A stretch of DNA of 63,334 bases from Gemmatimonadota bacterium (GTDB taxonomy: Bacteria > Gemmatimonadota > Gemmatimonadetes > Longimicrobiales > RSA9). This document shows, piece by piece, positions 48,452-57,210 of this stretch (the first letter of the stretch is position 1; every line of letters starts with the position of its first letter). A program made the position numbers and the translations under genes. The notes under the pieces are model-generated. The model was given only the letters and a program-made list of their open reading frames with translations. It had not been told where the DNA came from and ran no database searches. Location of the stretch: NCBI GenBank assembly GCA_052389275.1, contig JBQTID010000055.1, forward strand, positions 1 through 63,334, read 5' to 3'.

Positions 48452-48523
48452 GAGATTATGGGAGTGTGTGAGTGTGAGAGGGTGTGATCCCACACTCTCA
48501 CTTTCCCGTGTTCTCAAACTCCC
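48452..48523. repeat. period-8 inverted-arm hairpin (GTGAGTGT/GGGAGTGT subfamily)
   Basis: Left arm is GAGATTAT GGGAGTGT GTGAGTGT GAGAGGGT GTG. Right arm is CACACTCTCACTTTCCCGTGTTCTCAAACTCCC. The right arm encodes the last ~8 codons and the stop of the L7Ae-like gene. Confidence 0.85.
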
Positions 48524-48851
48524 TTGCCATTTCTTGTACCCGCCCGGCCAATTTTCTATCCGTAATGCCGAGCGCGCTCAGCGGTGACTTCCCAATGGCT
48601 GCGCCCAGCGCATTCCGATCGAAAACGACAGCGTATGGAATCTGCCGCGCATTCAGCAGCGGCAAAAGCTTGTCCCGGCTATTGTCGGATGCGTCCTTCG
48701 CGACCAGCGCGAAGTACAAAGAACTCGAACGCGCCGCGTCGCGTACACGCTCGGTGCCGGGCAGGACCGCGCCTGCACGCGCGGCCAGCCCCAGCATCCT
48801 GAGCAGCGCGTCAGGATCGGCCGGCTTCCGGTCTCTCCCGCTCGCGCTCAC
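48498..48851 (-). CDS. L7Ae-family RNA-binding protein (YlxQ-like)
   Basis: 117 aa with a GTG start (an alternative ATG lies at 48797). LLRMLGLAARAGAVLPG..LYFALVAKDASDNSRDKL resembles YlxQ, and it sits between nusA and infB as YlxQ does. Confidence 0.65.
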   Translation of the reverse strand: MSASGRDRKPADPDALLRMLGLAARAGAVLPGTERVRDAARSSSLYFALVAKDASDNSRDKLLPLLNARQIPYAVVFDRNALGAAIGKSPLSALGITDRKLAGRVQEMAREFENTGK

Positions 48852-50244
48852 GTACGCCTTCGGGTAGCGGCAAGCCGAGAATATCAGCGGCTAATTCGCG
48901 TGCCTCGGCCAGCTCTTCGGCCGTTGGACCGCCCGCTTCGGTTTCGTCTGAGGCGCCTTCTTCGACGGTGAGCGACTCGATCAGACGAAGCAGGGCATCT
49001 GCCTGCTCCTCACTGATGTTCGGAACCCGCAGAAAATCTTCGCGTTCGAGGTCGATGATATCGAGAAAGCTAGTATAACCAGCGCTCTCCAGCGCGGCCA
49101 GAGTTCCGAGTGGCAACTCGAGCTCGCGCAGCGGGAAATCTGCAACCTCGTAATCCGGCTCGCCGCCGCCGAACAATGCTGCGTCGGCACCGCGCTCCAA
49201 CCACTCTCTGCTGCCGTACAAGTCGATCTGCCAACCGATGAGCTGGCTCGCGAGCCGTACGTTCTGGCCGTTGCGGCCGATCGCGAGCGACAGCTGATCT
49301 TCATCGACGATCGCCGTGATCACGCGCTTCGACGAATCGCTCAAAACTTTGGCGACTTTCGCCGGCGCCAGTGCGCGGCGCGCATAGATCTCCGGGTCCG
49401 GATGCCACGGCACAATGTCAATGCGCTCGCCACCCAGCTCGCTCACGACCGCCTGCACGCGCGAGCCCTTCAGACCCACGCACGCGCCGACCGGATCGAT
49501 GCTGTCATCGCGTGAAGCGACCGCGACCTTGGTCCGGCCGCCGACTTCCCGCGCAATACCCTTCACGTCGACGATGCCCTGATAGATTTCCGGCACTTCC
49601 AGCTTGAACAGCGCAGCTACGAAGAGCGGATCGGCGCGCGAAAGCACCAGGCGCGGCCCCTTCGGCGTTTCCTCCACGCGCTTCAGCACGGCACGGATTG
49701 GCTCGCCCTGCCGGAAACGCTCACGCGGGTTCTGGTCCTTCCACGGAATGATGGCTTCGGCTTCGCGCGACTTGTTCAGCATGACTACGATCTTGCCGCG
49801 CTCGACCTGCTGCACTTCGCCGGACAGCAGCTCGCCTACCTTGGTCGCATACTCATCGCGAATCTTGTTGCGCTCACCCTCGCGCACGCGCTGAATGATG
49901 CGCTGCTTGGCGGCCATCACCGCATTGCGGCCGAAATCGTTGAAGTCGACCGGAATCTCGAGCACGTCGCCGACCTCGAAGTCCGGATCGTCCCACTGCG
50001 CTTCTTCCAGCGAAATCTGGCGTGATGGATCTTCGACCTCGGCGGCCACTTCCTTGAGCACCGTGATCTTGATGTCGCCGCCCTCTTCGTCGATGATGAT
50101 TTCCGCGCCTACGTTGGGACCATACCGACGGCCGAGCGCAGCCATGATGCCATCCTTGATGAGGTCGTGCAGATCCTCTTTCGAGATGTTCTTGGCCCCG
50201 ATCATTTCGCGAAATGCGCCAACGATGTTCGTAGCGTTACCCAT
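48811..50244 (-). CDS. nusA: transcription termination/antitermination factor NusA
   Basis: 477 aa with N-terminal, S1 and two KH domains (DPVGACVGLKGSRVQAV, LAIGRNGQNVRLAS) and an acidic C-terminal repeat region. Confidence 0.95.
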   Translation of the reverse strand: MGNATNIVGAFREMIGAKNISKEDLHDLIKDGIMAALGRRYGPNVGAEIIIDEEGGDIKITVLKEVAAEVEDPSRQISLEEAQWDDPDFEVGDVLEIPVDFNDFGRNAVMAAKQRIIQRVREGERNKIRDEYATKVGELLSGEVQQVERGKIVVMLNKSREAEAIIPWKDQNPRERFRQGEPIRAVLKRVEETPKGPRLVLSRADPLFVAALFKLEVPEIYQGIVDVKGIAREVGGRTKVAVASRDDSIDPVGACVGLKGSRVQAVVSELGGERIDIVPWHPDPEIYARRALAPAKVAKVLSDSSKRVITAIVDEDQLSLAIGRNGQNVRLASQLIGWQIDLYGSREWLERGADAALFGGGEPDYEVADFPLRELELPLGTLAALESAGYTSFLDIIDLEREDFLRVPNISEEQADALLRLIESLTVEEGASDETEAGGPTAEELAEARELAADILGLPLPEGVRERERERPEAGRS

Positions 50245-50732
50245 TATCTCTTTTCCTTGTTATCCCAGCGGAAGACGAGGTGCGCTTTCTTGATGTCGTC
50301 GCGCGGAATCTCGACGGTCCTGCCGTTTACATCGATCTGCACGCGATCGCCGGCGCTGATGCCGCGCAGCACGCCATCGACGCGCTTGCCGAGCTCGCCA
50401 ACCGGATGGCTCGTCTTGACCGTGACTTCCTTGCCGGCGAAACGCTCGAAATCGCGCTGTTTGACGAGCGGCCGCTCCACGCCCGGCGAGGATACTTCGA
50501 GCACGTAGCGCTCACCCAGATCCGCACGCTCATCCAGAAACGCTTCGACAGCGCGGCTCACGCGCGTGCAATCCTCGAGCGTGACACCGTGCTCGGGCGT
50601 CGAGTCTTCGCGGTCGATACGCAGCCGCAAAATCGGCCGGGTCGAAGAACCCGCGCGCTCCAGCTCGACCAGCTCGAATCCCAGCGCTTCGACGCGCGCC
50701 TCGATCGCGCGATCCAATGCCTGATCGGACAT
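50244..50732 (-). CDS. rimP: ribosome maturation factor RimP
   Basis: Part of ORF 50244..50825. The start at the ATG 50730-50732 is preceded by GGGAGGG. MSDQALDRAIEARVEALGFELVELE..LEVSSPGVERPL is typical RimP. Confidence 0.85.
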   Translation of the reverse strand: MSDQALDRAIEARVEALGFELVELERAGSSTRPILRLRIDREDSTPEHGVTLEDCTRVSRAVEAFLDERADLGERYVLEVSSPGVERPLVKQRDFERFAGKEVTVKTSHPVGELGKRVDGVLRGISAGDRVQIDVNGRTVEIPRDDIKKAHLVFRWDNKEKR

Positions 50733-50821
50733 GATCCCTCCCGCCTGTCCCTGCCCCACGAACCCTGCTGCAAAACGAATGCGGTCACCGCACGGAGCTG
50801 ACCACGCTCCGCAGGCGTACC

Positions 50822-50855
50822 GCAAATAAAAAAGTGGGGGCGCGTCCCCCCACTT
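50822..50855 (-). terminator. strong rho-independent terminator / leader attenuator upstream of rimP
   Basis: The minus strand reads AAGTGGGGGGA CGCG CCCCCACTT followed by TTTTTATTT. Confidence 0.7.
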
Positions 50856-50899
50856 GTCACAGTTATCAATATGTAGGAAGACGGCGGAAAAGGCAAGTG

Positions 50900-50927
50900 T
50901 TTATATGGCTAAACTACGTACTTCCAA
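50900..50927 (-). promoter_or_regulatory. candidate sigma-70-type promoter in the AT-rich patch upstream of the leader terminator
   Basis: On the minus strand: TTGGAA (50927-50922), 16 nt spacer, TATAAA (50905-50900). Confidence 0.35.
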
Positions 50928-50937
50928 CGATTTAAAT

Positions 50938-51168
50938 GCGGGCGAGGGCTTGGGCGAGCAACTCGGGAAACAAACTCGGGCGCGGTCGCGGGCGGGGGCG
51001 CGGGCGTGGGAAGCAACGCGGTCGCGGGAGGCGGAGCGCGGGTCGAGGTCGTGGGCAAGGGTGGCCTGTCCAGCGCGACCGCGCCCGGGACGCGCAACCC
51101 TCGATCCGAAAGTGTCCCGCGCCCGCGACCACGCCCGCGACCGCGACCGCGACCGCGACCGCGACCGC
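50938..51168. repeat. GC-rich palindromic element (GCGGGCGC / GGGAA family) ending in (GACCGC) x6
   Basis: The left half has GGGCGCGGTCGCGGGCGGGGGCGCGGGCGTGGGAA. The right half has TCCCGCGCCCGCGACCACGCCCGC followed by GACCGC x6. It starts directly after the stop codon of the OsmC-like gene. Confidence 0.85.
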
Positions 51169-51624
51169 TCAAATCTCGCTAATGTCCGCCGTCCAGGAGA
51201 CTTCGACAGCGCCCCGAAGCGAGGCCGCTGTCGGGCATTTCTCCTGATGCTTGGCCAGCAGCCGATCCACGGTTTCCCGCGTGCCGATCGGAATGCGCAA
51301 CCGGTAGTTCACTGTGATGCGCGTAAGTACGGGCAGGCCATCGCGAATTTCGTTGTCACCAACGACATCCGCGGTAATTGCATCGCCGCTCAACTTCACC
51401 CCGCGAGCTTCCAGCCCGCCGCTCAGTGTGCCGAGCATTCAGGCACCAGTCGCACCCACGATGTAGTCCACCGGCAGCGGCAGGTCCTTTTCCTTATCCA
51501 GTTTGTAGTGCGCCTTGATCGCGCCGTGCACGCCGGTATCGAATACATCACCGGTTTCGAGTGTGATGCGACGCTGCGTGCCCTCGATTTTTACGACGCG
51601 CGCCCGGGATTCGTAAAAGCTCAT
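51169..51624 (-). CDS. OsmC/YhfA-like protein interrupted by an in-frame TGA at 51439-51441 (candidate selenoprotein, or nonsense-split gene)
   Basis: ORFs 51439..51624 and 51169..51438 are contiguous and in the same frame. The joined product reads ..PLPVDYIVGATGA[TGA]MLGTLSGGLEARG..HQEKCPTAASL. The TGA sits where OsmC-family proteins have their first conserved Cys, and the second conserved Cys (CP) is present. Confidence 0.6.
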
Positions 51625-52673
51625 GGCAGTTCTTTCCAGATGTTCGGATCCTCTGGTCCGAGAACCCAGACGCTGAAGCCGCGCAGATTCTTCCTGCGCA
51701 TCAAGTCGAGTTTTGCCGCGAAGCTGCGCGCGTCCTCCACGAACAGATACTCGAATGTGCCTGCGACCGGATAAAAGGTATAGGAGACCTTGTGCTCGTC
51801 GTGCCAGGTCAGCTGCGCGCCGTTTCGTTCGGCGAGGTGGCGCGCCCAGTTGTAGCTGACGTTCTGGCTGTAGGAGCGCGCCAGCTCCGGCGTGATACGG
51901 TCTTCCTGCGAGGTGTACCAGTGCATGCTGCCGACGGGAATCCCGAGCGACAGCTTCCCCGCAGGCATGAACTTCAGAAAGTAGTCGACGACGTCTTCCG
52001 CCCAGGGCAACGCCGAACTCGGCCCGGGTGGCGTGCGGCGCGTGTGCTGCGAGTAGCTCATCACCGAAATGAAATCACCGGCGTCGGCAAGTGCCTTCAG
52101 GTCGTAGCCGCCGCGCCAGTCCGCCATCATCCAGGCGTGATACTGTGACACGCCCGCGACTTCTTCCGGCCGGTGCACGACCGCAATGCTGATGATCCTG
52201 CCGGCCGCATGCATCGCGTTAGCAGCCTCGCGGTAGAACGACGTCAAGGCATCACGATCGTCGATGCTGACGTTCTCGAAATCGATCTGCATGCCCCAGT
52301 AGTCGTGTCGTTTGCTCAGCTCGACCATCGAAGCGATCGCGCGTGCGCGCGCGGCCGGACTGCTGAGCAGCTGATGCAGCAGGTCCTTGTCGAACGGCCG
52401 GTTCACGAGCAGTGGCATGACGCGCACGTTGTGGTGTCTGGACAGCTCGAGGACTTTCGGATCGACGTCGCCCCAGACAATGCCCTGCTCATCGACTCCG
52501 TAGGACGAGGGCGCAATCACACTGATTTGCGAGGCGTGCTGGACGAAGCTGTTGTAGGCGTCTTCGCGGTCGACGTAGTAGAAGATGCGCTCGAAACCCT
52601 GCGCTTGAGACACCGCGGTCCCGCCGGCGGCGAGAGCCAGCAGGACCGTGGCGATGCGTAGTTCAATCCGCAT
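51621..52673 (-). CDS. secreted glycoside hydrolase family 18-like protein
   Basis: 350 aa with a signal peptide (MRIELRIATVLLALAAGGTAVSQA). GMQIDFENVS matches the D-x-E end of the GH18 catalytic motif. Its stop overlaps the OsmC-like start (ATGA). Confidence 0.7.
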   Translation of the reverse strand: MRIELRIATVLLALAAGGTAVSQAQGFERIFYYVDREDAYNSFVQHASQISVIAPSSYGVDEQGIVWGDVDPKVLELSRHHNVRVMPLLVNRPFDKDLLHQLLSSPAARARAIASMVELSKRHDYWGMQIDFENVSIDDRDALTSFYREAANAMHAAGRIISIAVVHRPEEVAGVSQYHAWMMADWRGGYDLKALADAGDFISVMSYSQHTRRTPPGPSSALPWAEDVVDYFLKFMPAGKLSLGIPVGSMHWYTSQEDRITPELARSYSQNVSYNWARHLAERNGAQLTWHDEHKVSYTFYPVAGTFEYLFVEDARSFAAKLDLMRRKNLRGFSVWVLGPEDPNIWKELP

Positions 52674-52677
52674 AGCG

Positions 52678-53994
52678 TCAGGTGGTCGTTTGCGGTTGGC
52701 AAAGCTCGGCTGGCGCGTTCGGGTTGTTCTGGCATTCCGGACGCGACACCATCATGAACCGGTACTTGAGAGGCTTGCCGAATCGCCTTGCATCAGCCCA
52801 GTGCAGCCCCTGCAGATACAGCTCATACTGACGCTCGCGGAAGATCGCCTCGAGCATTGCCGCCTGGGTCGGCACAGCGAGCAGCGTCAGCGCCGGCAAG
52901 CAGGCAACCGGCTCGTTCAACGTAGATGTGCACTGCGTCCGCACATCATTGAGCAGCGTGAGCGCTTCCGTCAAATTGCCGGCACGGGCGGCAACTTCCG
53001 CCCGAATCAGCAGCATCTCGTCCGGCAGGTACGCCGGGAAGCTCTCCTCGCGTGTCGAGTACCGCACGAAATCATCGAGCGGCGATGCTGGATTGGACGC
53101 GATGTTGCCGGTCGAAGCGCGCACGAAATAATCCACGCGTCTATCGCCAGGTTGCGCGCTGGTCCGGAAGCGGTCCTCCGGTCTCATGCGCCAGGCATTG
53201 CCGGAATTGAACCAGAGGTTCCAGAGCGGGTTCACGTCGGAGGTCGAGAACCGGTACTCGGATAACACATTGCGCGGAACGCGCGCGGCCGCAGTGGCCG
53301 CCGCATTGAGATCACCCGCGATGAGCGAGAAGCGAGCGATCATCGCATCAATGGTGGTCGCGAGATTGAAACCGGGCGCGGGCACGACACTCGTGAATTC
53401 CGCCGATACTGACGTGGTCAGGAGATGCTGCCGCGCCTCGTTCAGGAGCTTGAGCACTTCGGCATACGCTTCCTGCCGCGTCGCAAACGGTGGATCGAGA
53501 TTGTCGATACCCACATCGAGCGGAATGCGCTCGTAGATATTCAGCAGGTTCCCGAATGCCATCGCCTTGTGCAGCTTGGCCAGCGCGAGCAGCCCACTCG
53601 CGGTACCGTCCGCCATCGGCACGTTCGGCACATTGTCGAGCAATACATCGGCGACCTGTACCACATCGAACATCGCCGCCCACGGCTCTGTTGACGGCCC
53701 TTCGCTGTTATTGACCGGCAGGCCGGCATCCGCGTTTCGGAAACTCTCGAATGCCTGCGAGATCGCCCCGATGTTGTCGGTCACCAGTGCATCGGCATAC
53801 ACAGGGTTGACGAGTGCGTTGCCCCATTCTCCCTGCAAGCCAACGCCGACCTGCATCAGGCCGAGTGTGGTCGTCGTCGCCAATTCTTCGGGCGGGTTGA
53901 TCGGATCGGTGAAATCCATGTCGCAGGCACTGACCACGAGCGCAGCGACCATAGCGATGCTCAACCCGAGCTGACGTGTCGTCTTCATCATCAT
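52678..53994 (-). CDS. SusD/RagB-family outer-membrane lipoprotein
   Basis: 438 aa with lipoprotein signal MMMKTTRQLGLSIAMVAALVVSAC. It is helical and TPR-like, and lies immediately downstream of a SusC-type TonB-dependent transporter. Confidence 0.7.
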   Translation of the reverse strand: MMMKTTRQLGLSIAMVAALVVSACDMDFTDPINPPEELATTTTLGLMQVGVGLQGEWGNALVNPVYADALVTDNIGAISQAFESFRNADAGLPVNNSEGPSTEPWAAMFDVVQVADVLLDNVPNVPMADGTASGLLALAKLHKAMAFGNLLNIYERIPLDVGIDNLDPPFATRQEAYAEVLKLLNEARQHLLTTSVSAEFTSVVPAPGFNLATTIDAMIARFSLIAGDLNAAATAAARVPRNVLSEYRFSTSDVNPLWNLWFNSGNAWRMRPEDRFRTSAQPGDRRVDYFVRASTGNIASNPASPLDDFVRYSTREESFPAYLPDEMLLIRAEVAARAGNLTEALTLLNDVRTQCTSTLNEPVACLPALTLLAVPTQAAMLEAIFRERQYELYLQGLHWADARRFGKPLKYRFMMVSRPECQNNPNAPAELCQPQTTT

Positions 53995-54001
53995 CCTCGT
54001 G

Positions 54002-57000
54002 TCAGTAGGTGAGCCGCACGCCGAAGCCGATCGTGCGCGCGTTCGGGTACACGGCGAAGTCGGTGCCGCGCTCGACGGTGCTCAGGCCGAACATGTTGAT
54101 TTCCGGATCGTAGCCGCCGTAATCCGTCCAGGTCTTCAGGTTGCGGCCAACCAACTCGAACTCCGCGCGGCTCGCGCCCACCGCACGCAACCAGGGCGCG
54201 GCCGTGCTGTAGCGGACGGTTATATCGCGCATTTTGATATAGGAAGCATCCTCGAGGTAATTCTCCCAGATGCTCTGAAGCCGTGTGCGCTGGGCTGGCG
54301 TCGCCTCGCCACGCAGCACCTGATCGAACAGCGGACCCGCGCCGAAGATGTCCTGATTGCGGCGTGTCTGATTCCACAGCTCTGCGCCAAACGAGCCATC
54401 CAGCAGGAACGAAGCACTCCAATTGCTGCCGAACCTGAACTCATTGAAGAGCGAACCGGTCCAGTCCGGCCACGGATTGCCGACAATACGCGAAGTCGAG
54501 TTGGGCAGACAGAACTGCGGCTCCGGGCACGTGGTGCCGAGGCGGTTCTCGAGCCGCGGTCCGTCGATGGCGGTATCCATTACGATTTGCCCACTCTCGT
54601 CACGCATGAAAGCAGGCATGAAGTGCACGCCAACCGGCTGACCCTCGATCACGAGGTTCGTGTAGCCGGCTGTGAAAGGCAGCACATTGAGCTTCTCGAT
54701 CCTGTTCTCGTTGCGTGAATAAATGACCCGCGAATTCCAGCTGAAGCTCCCGCGTGTCAGGTTTTGCGTATTCAGCTCGAGCTCGATGCCTCTGTTACTC
54801 AGCTCACCGACGTTATCGAGAATGCTACCAAAACCCGCGCTCGGTACGAACGGCCGCACCAGGAGCAGGTCTGTCACGTATTGATCGTAATAAGTGAAGC
54901 GGGTGCCGATGCGATTGTTCAGCACGGCGAAGTCGACACCTGCCTCCCATTCGCGCTGACGCTCTGGCTTGAGCTCGGGGTTGCCCGGCGAGTTCAGCGG
55001 CACCAGCCCCAGGCGTGTAACGTTTGTTATCGACCCGAAGCGAGATACGCGCGCGAATGCTTGTGAGAGCGGCGGCTGGTTACCGGCATACCCGAGTGCA
55101 CCGCGCAGCCGGAGCTCGGAAACCCAAGGCACGGCGTCGCGTACGAATGATTCCTCTGAGGCCACCCACGATGCGCTCACCTTCGGGTAAATTTGCCAGC
55201 GCTCGTCTTCGCCGAATGTCGAGGAAGCATCCCAGCGCAGAGCGCCGGTCAGGTAGAGGCGATCATCGAACGACAGCTGCTGCTGGCCAAAGAACCCGAG
55301 CGTCACAAGCTCGATGCGTGCCTGGTCGGCGCGGTGTACGGCGCCACTCACCAGATCGGTCTGCGGAACCAGGTCCGTGGCCGATGCGTTGAGCTGATCC
55401 AGACGCTGATACGTGTGATTCAGTCCCGCGGATGACGTGAAGCGCAGCTGCTGCGAGCCGAAGTCGTAGCTTGCAGCAAGGTCGTTGTTCAGCAGGATAT
55501 TGCGCCGATTGGCGGAAGTCGCACTACCAAGCGGCGTGCCGACGGTGCCGCGCGGAATCGACAGCATCGTTTCCATCGCATACTGGTCATAGCCGAGAGT
55601 GTAATTCAAACGAAGCGAGCCGAACGGATTTGACCGCGCCTGAAATGACCCGACGAATCGGTTAATGTCCTGCGGACTCGAGAACGTCTCGAGCACGTAC
55701 AGCGGATTCAGGAACACACCTGCCTGTCTATTCACGAACTCGCCCGTGACCGGGTCGCGTGCCGTCAAGTCAATCGTGGTCGGTGCAAACACCGCCGCAG
55801 TAAGCAGACCGCCCGAGCCTTGCTCGCCGTTGATGACCAGATCGGTATGCGAGCGAATGTAATTCGCACCTGCGGCGAGGTTCAGCCAATCCGCGACCTT
55901 CTGGTCGATATTCATCCGGACATTCAGCTTCCTGTGATCGGAGCCACGCATGATGCCGTTTTCGTTCGCGAGATTGCCGGAGATGTAGTACTGCGTCTCC
56001 GGGCTGCCGCCGGAAACGGACAAATACGTGTCGGTGCTCCAGGGCTCACGGAAGAGCAGCGGCTGCGGGTCGAAGCGCGGCGCGCTAATGGTACCCGAGT
56101 TCAAGCACGTCGGACACAGTCCCAGGTCCAGATTGGTCGGGGTCAGCGCAAATTCAATTGTGCGCTCGAGGTCATTGCGCGTCATCCGCGTGCCGGCCAC
56201 CACGCGATTAATGCCTGCTCTACCGCGCTTGGTGAAGATCTGCACGACGCCGTTGTTCGCGCGCGAGCCATAGAGCGCAGCTGCGGCTGCCCCTTTGAGG
56301 ATCTCTACACGTTCGACGTCGTCGGGATCTAGATCTGCGAGACGGTTCGACGGATTCGAGCGATAACCGAAGTTGATCTGCTGATCGGCGTTATTGTCTA
56401 TGATGACGCCGTCCACAATGATCAATGGTTCTGCGCCCGCGACGATCGAGCTGGTGCCGCGCAAACGCATGGACACGCCGCCACCCGGATTGCCGGTGTT
56501 GCTGGTAATCGTGGCGCCCGCAACTTTGCCCTGAAGCGCCTGGTCGATGGTAGTCGCGGTCGCTTCCGAGATCTGTTCACTCGAGACGGTCGATACCGCG
56601 TTTCCCAGTGCGCGCCGAGCAGTCGGCGCGGCCGTACCGGTGACCACCACTTCTTCTAGTGCAAGCACAGCCTGACCGAGCTCGAAATCGGGAACGTCGA
56701 CGACACGCGCAGCGCCAAGCGTGATCGATCGCCGCTGTTGCTCACGTCCGATCATCGTCGCTTCCACGACGTACTGGCCGGGATTCAGCTGCGCCACTAT
56801 CGAATACACGCCATCGGCATTGGTCAGTCCGCCATAGCGCGTGCCCCGGATCGCAACCTGCACGCCCGGGATCGGCGCGTCACCTTCGACCGCAAGCGCA
56901 CGACCCGTAATCGTGTAGGTCGCCTGCTGCGCGCTGGTCGGGTCTGCCACGATAACGCTCCCCAAAATGCACAGCATCAGGCACGCGAATGTCACGCGAC

Positions 57001-57007
57001 GACTCAT
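54002..57007 (-). CDS. SusC/RagA-type TonB-dependent transporter with CarboxypepD_reg-like N-domain
   Basis: Part of ORF 54002..57214, with the start at the ATG 57005-57007 (MSRRVTFACLMLCILGSVIVADPTSAQQ). ITGRALAVEGDAPIPGVQVAIRGT, a plug domain (EEVVVTGT..ILKGAAAAALYGSRANNGVVQIFTKRG) and a C-terminal ..FGVRLTY. Confidence 0.85.
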   Translation of the reverse strand: MSRRVTFACLMLCILGSVIVADPTSAQQATYTITGRALAVEGDAPIPGVQVAIRGTRYGGLTNADGVYSIVAQLNPGQYVVEATMIGREQQRRSITLGAARVVDVPDFELGQAVLALEEVVVTGTAAPTARRALGNAVSTVSSEQISEATATTIDQALQGKVAGATITSNTGNPGGGVSMRLRGTSSIVAGAEPLIIVDGVIIDNNADQQINFGYRSNPSNRLADLDPDDVERVEILKGAAAAALYGSRANNGVVQIFTKRGRAGINRVVAGTRMTRNDLERTIEFALTPTNLDLGLCPTCLNSGTISAPRFDPQPLLFREPWSTDTYLSVSGGSPETQYYISGNLANENGIMRGSDHRKLNVRMNIDQKVADWLNLAAGANYIRSHTDLVINGEQGSGGLLTAAVFAPTTIDLTARDPVTGEFVNRQAGVFLNPLYVLETFSSPQDINRFVGSFQARSNPFGSLRLNYTLGYDQYAMETMLSIPRGTVGTPLGSATSANRRNILLNNDLAASYDFGSQQLRFTSSAGLNHTYQRLDQLNASATDLVPQTDLVSGAVHRADQARIELVTLGFFGQQQLSFDDRLYLTGALRWDASSTFGEDERWQIYPKVSASWVASEESFVRDAVPWVSELRLRGALGYAGNQPPLSQAFARVSRFGSITNVTRLGLVPLNSPGNPELKPERQREWEAGVDFAVLNNRIGTRFTYYDQYVTDLLLVRPFVPSAGFGSILDNVGELSNRGIELELNTQNLTRGSFSWNSRVIYSRNENRIEKLNVLPFTAGYTNLVIEGQPVGVHFMPAFMRDESGQIVMDTAIDGPRLENRLGTTCPEPQFCLPNSTSRIVGNPWPDWTGSLFNEFRFGSNWSASFLLDGSFGAELWNQTRRNQDIFGAGPLFDQVLRGEATPAQRTRLQSIWENYLEDASYIKMRDITVRYSTAAPWLRAVGASRAEFELVGRNLKTWTDYGGYDPEINMFGLSTVERGTDFAVYPNARTIGFGVRLTY

Positions 57008-57210
57008 TTGGGCTCCTATCGGTGGAAATACAACGGTCGCACGACCTTCGTGCTGGCCGCGGCTGAAATGGAGGATAAACATATGGTAGGGCGCGCCGCC
57101 CAGCAGCGCAATCACTCCTGGCGATCGACCCGAATCGGCACATAGCCGGCACACCGCAGGACCGGCAGCGGCGGGTATTTGGGAAAGCGCGGATCCGTCT
57201 TCGATAGCTC

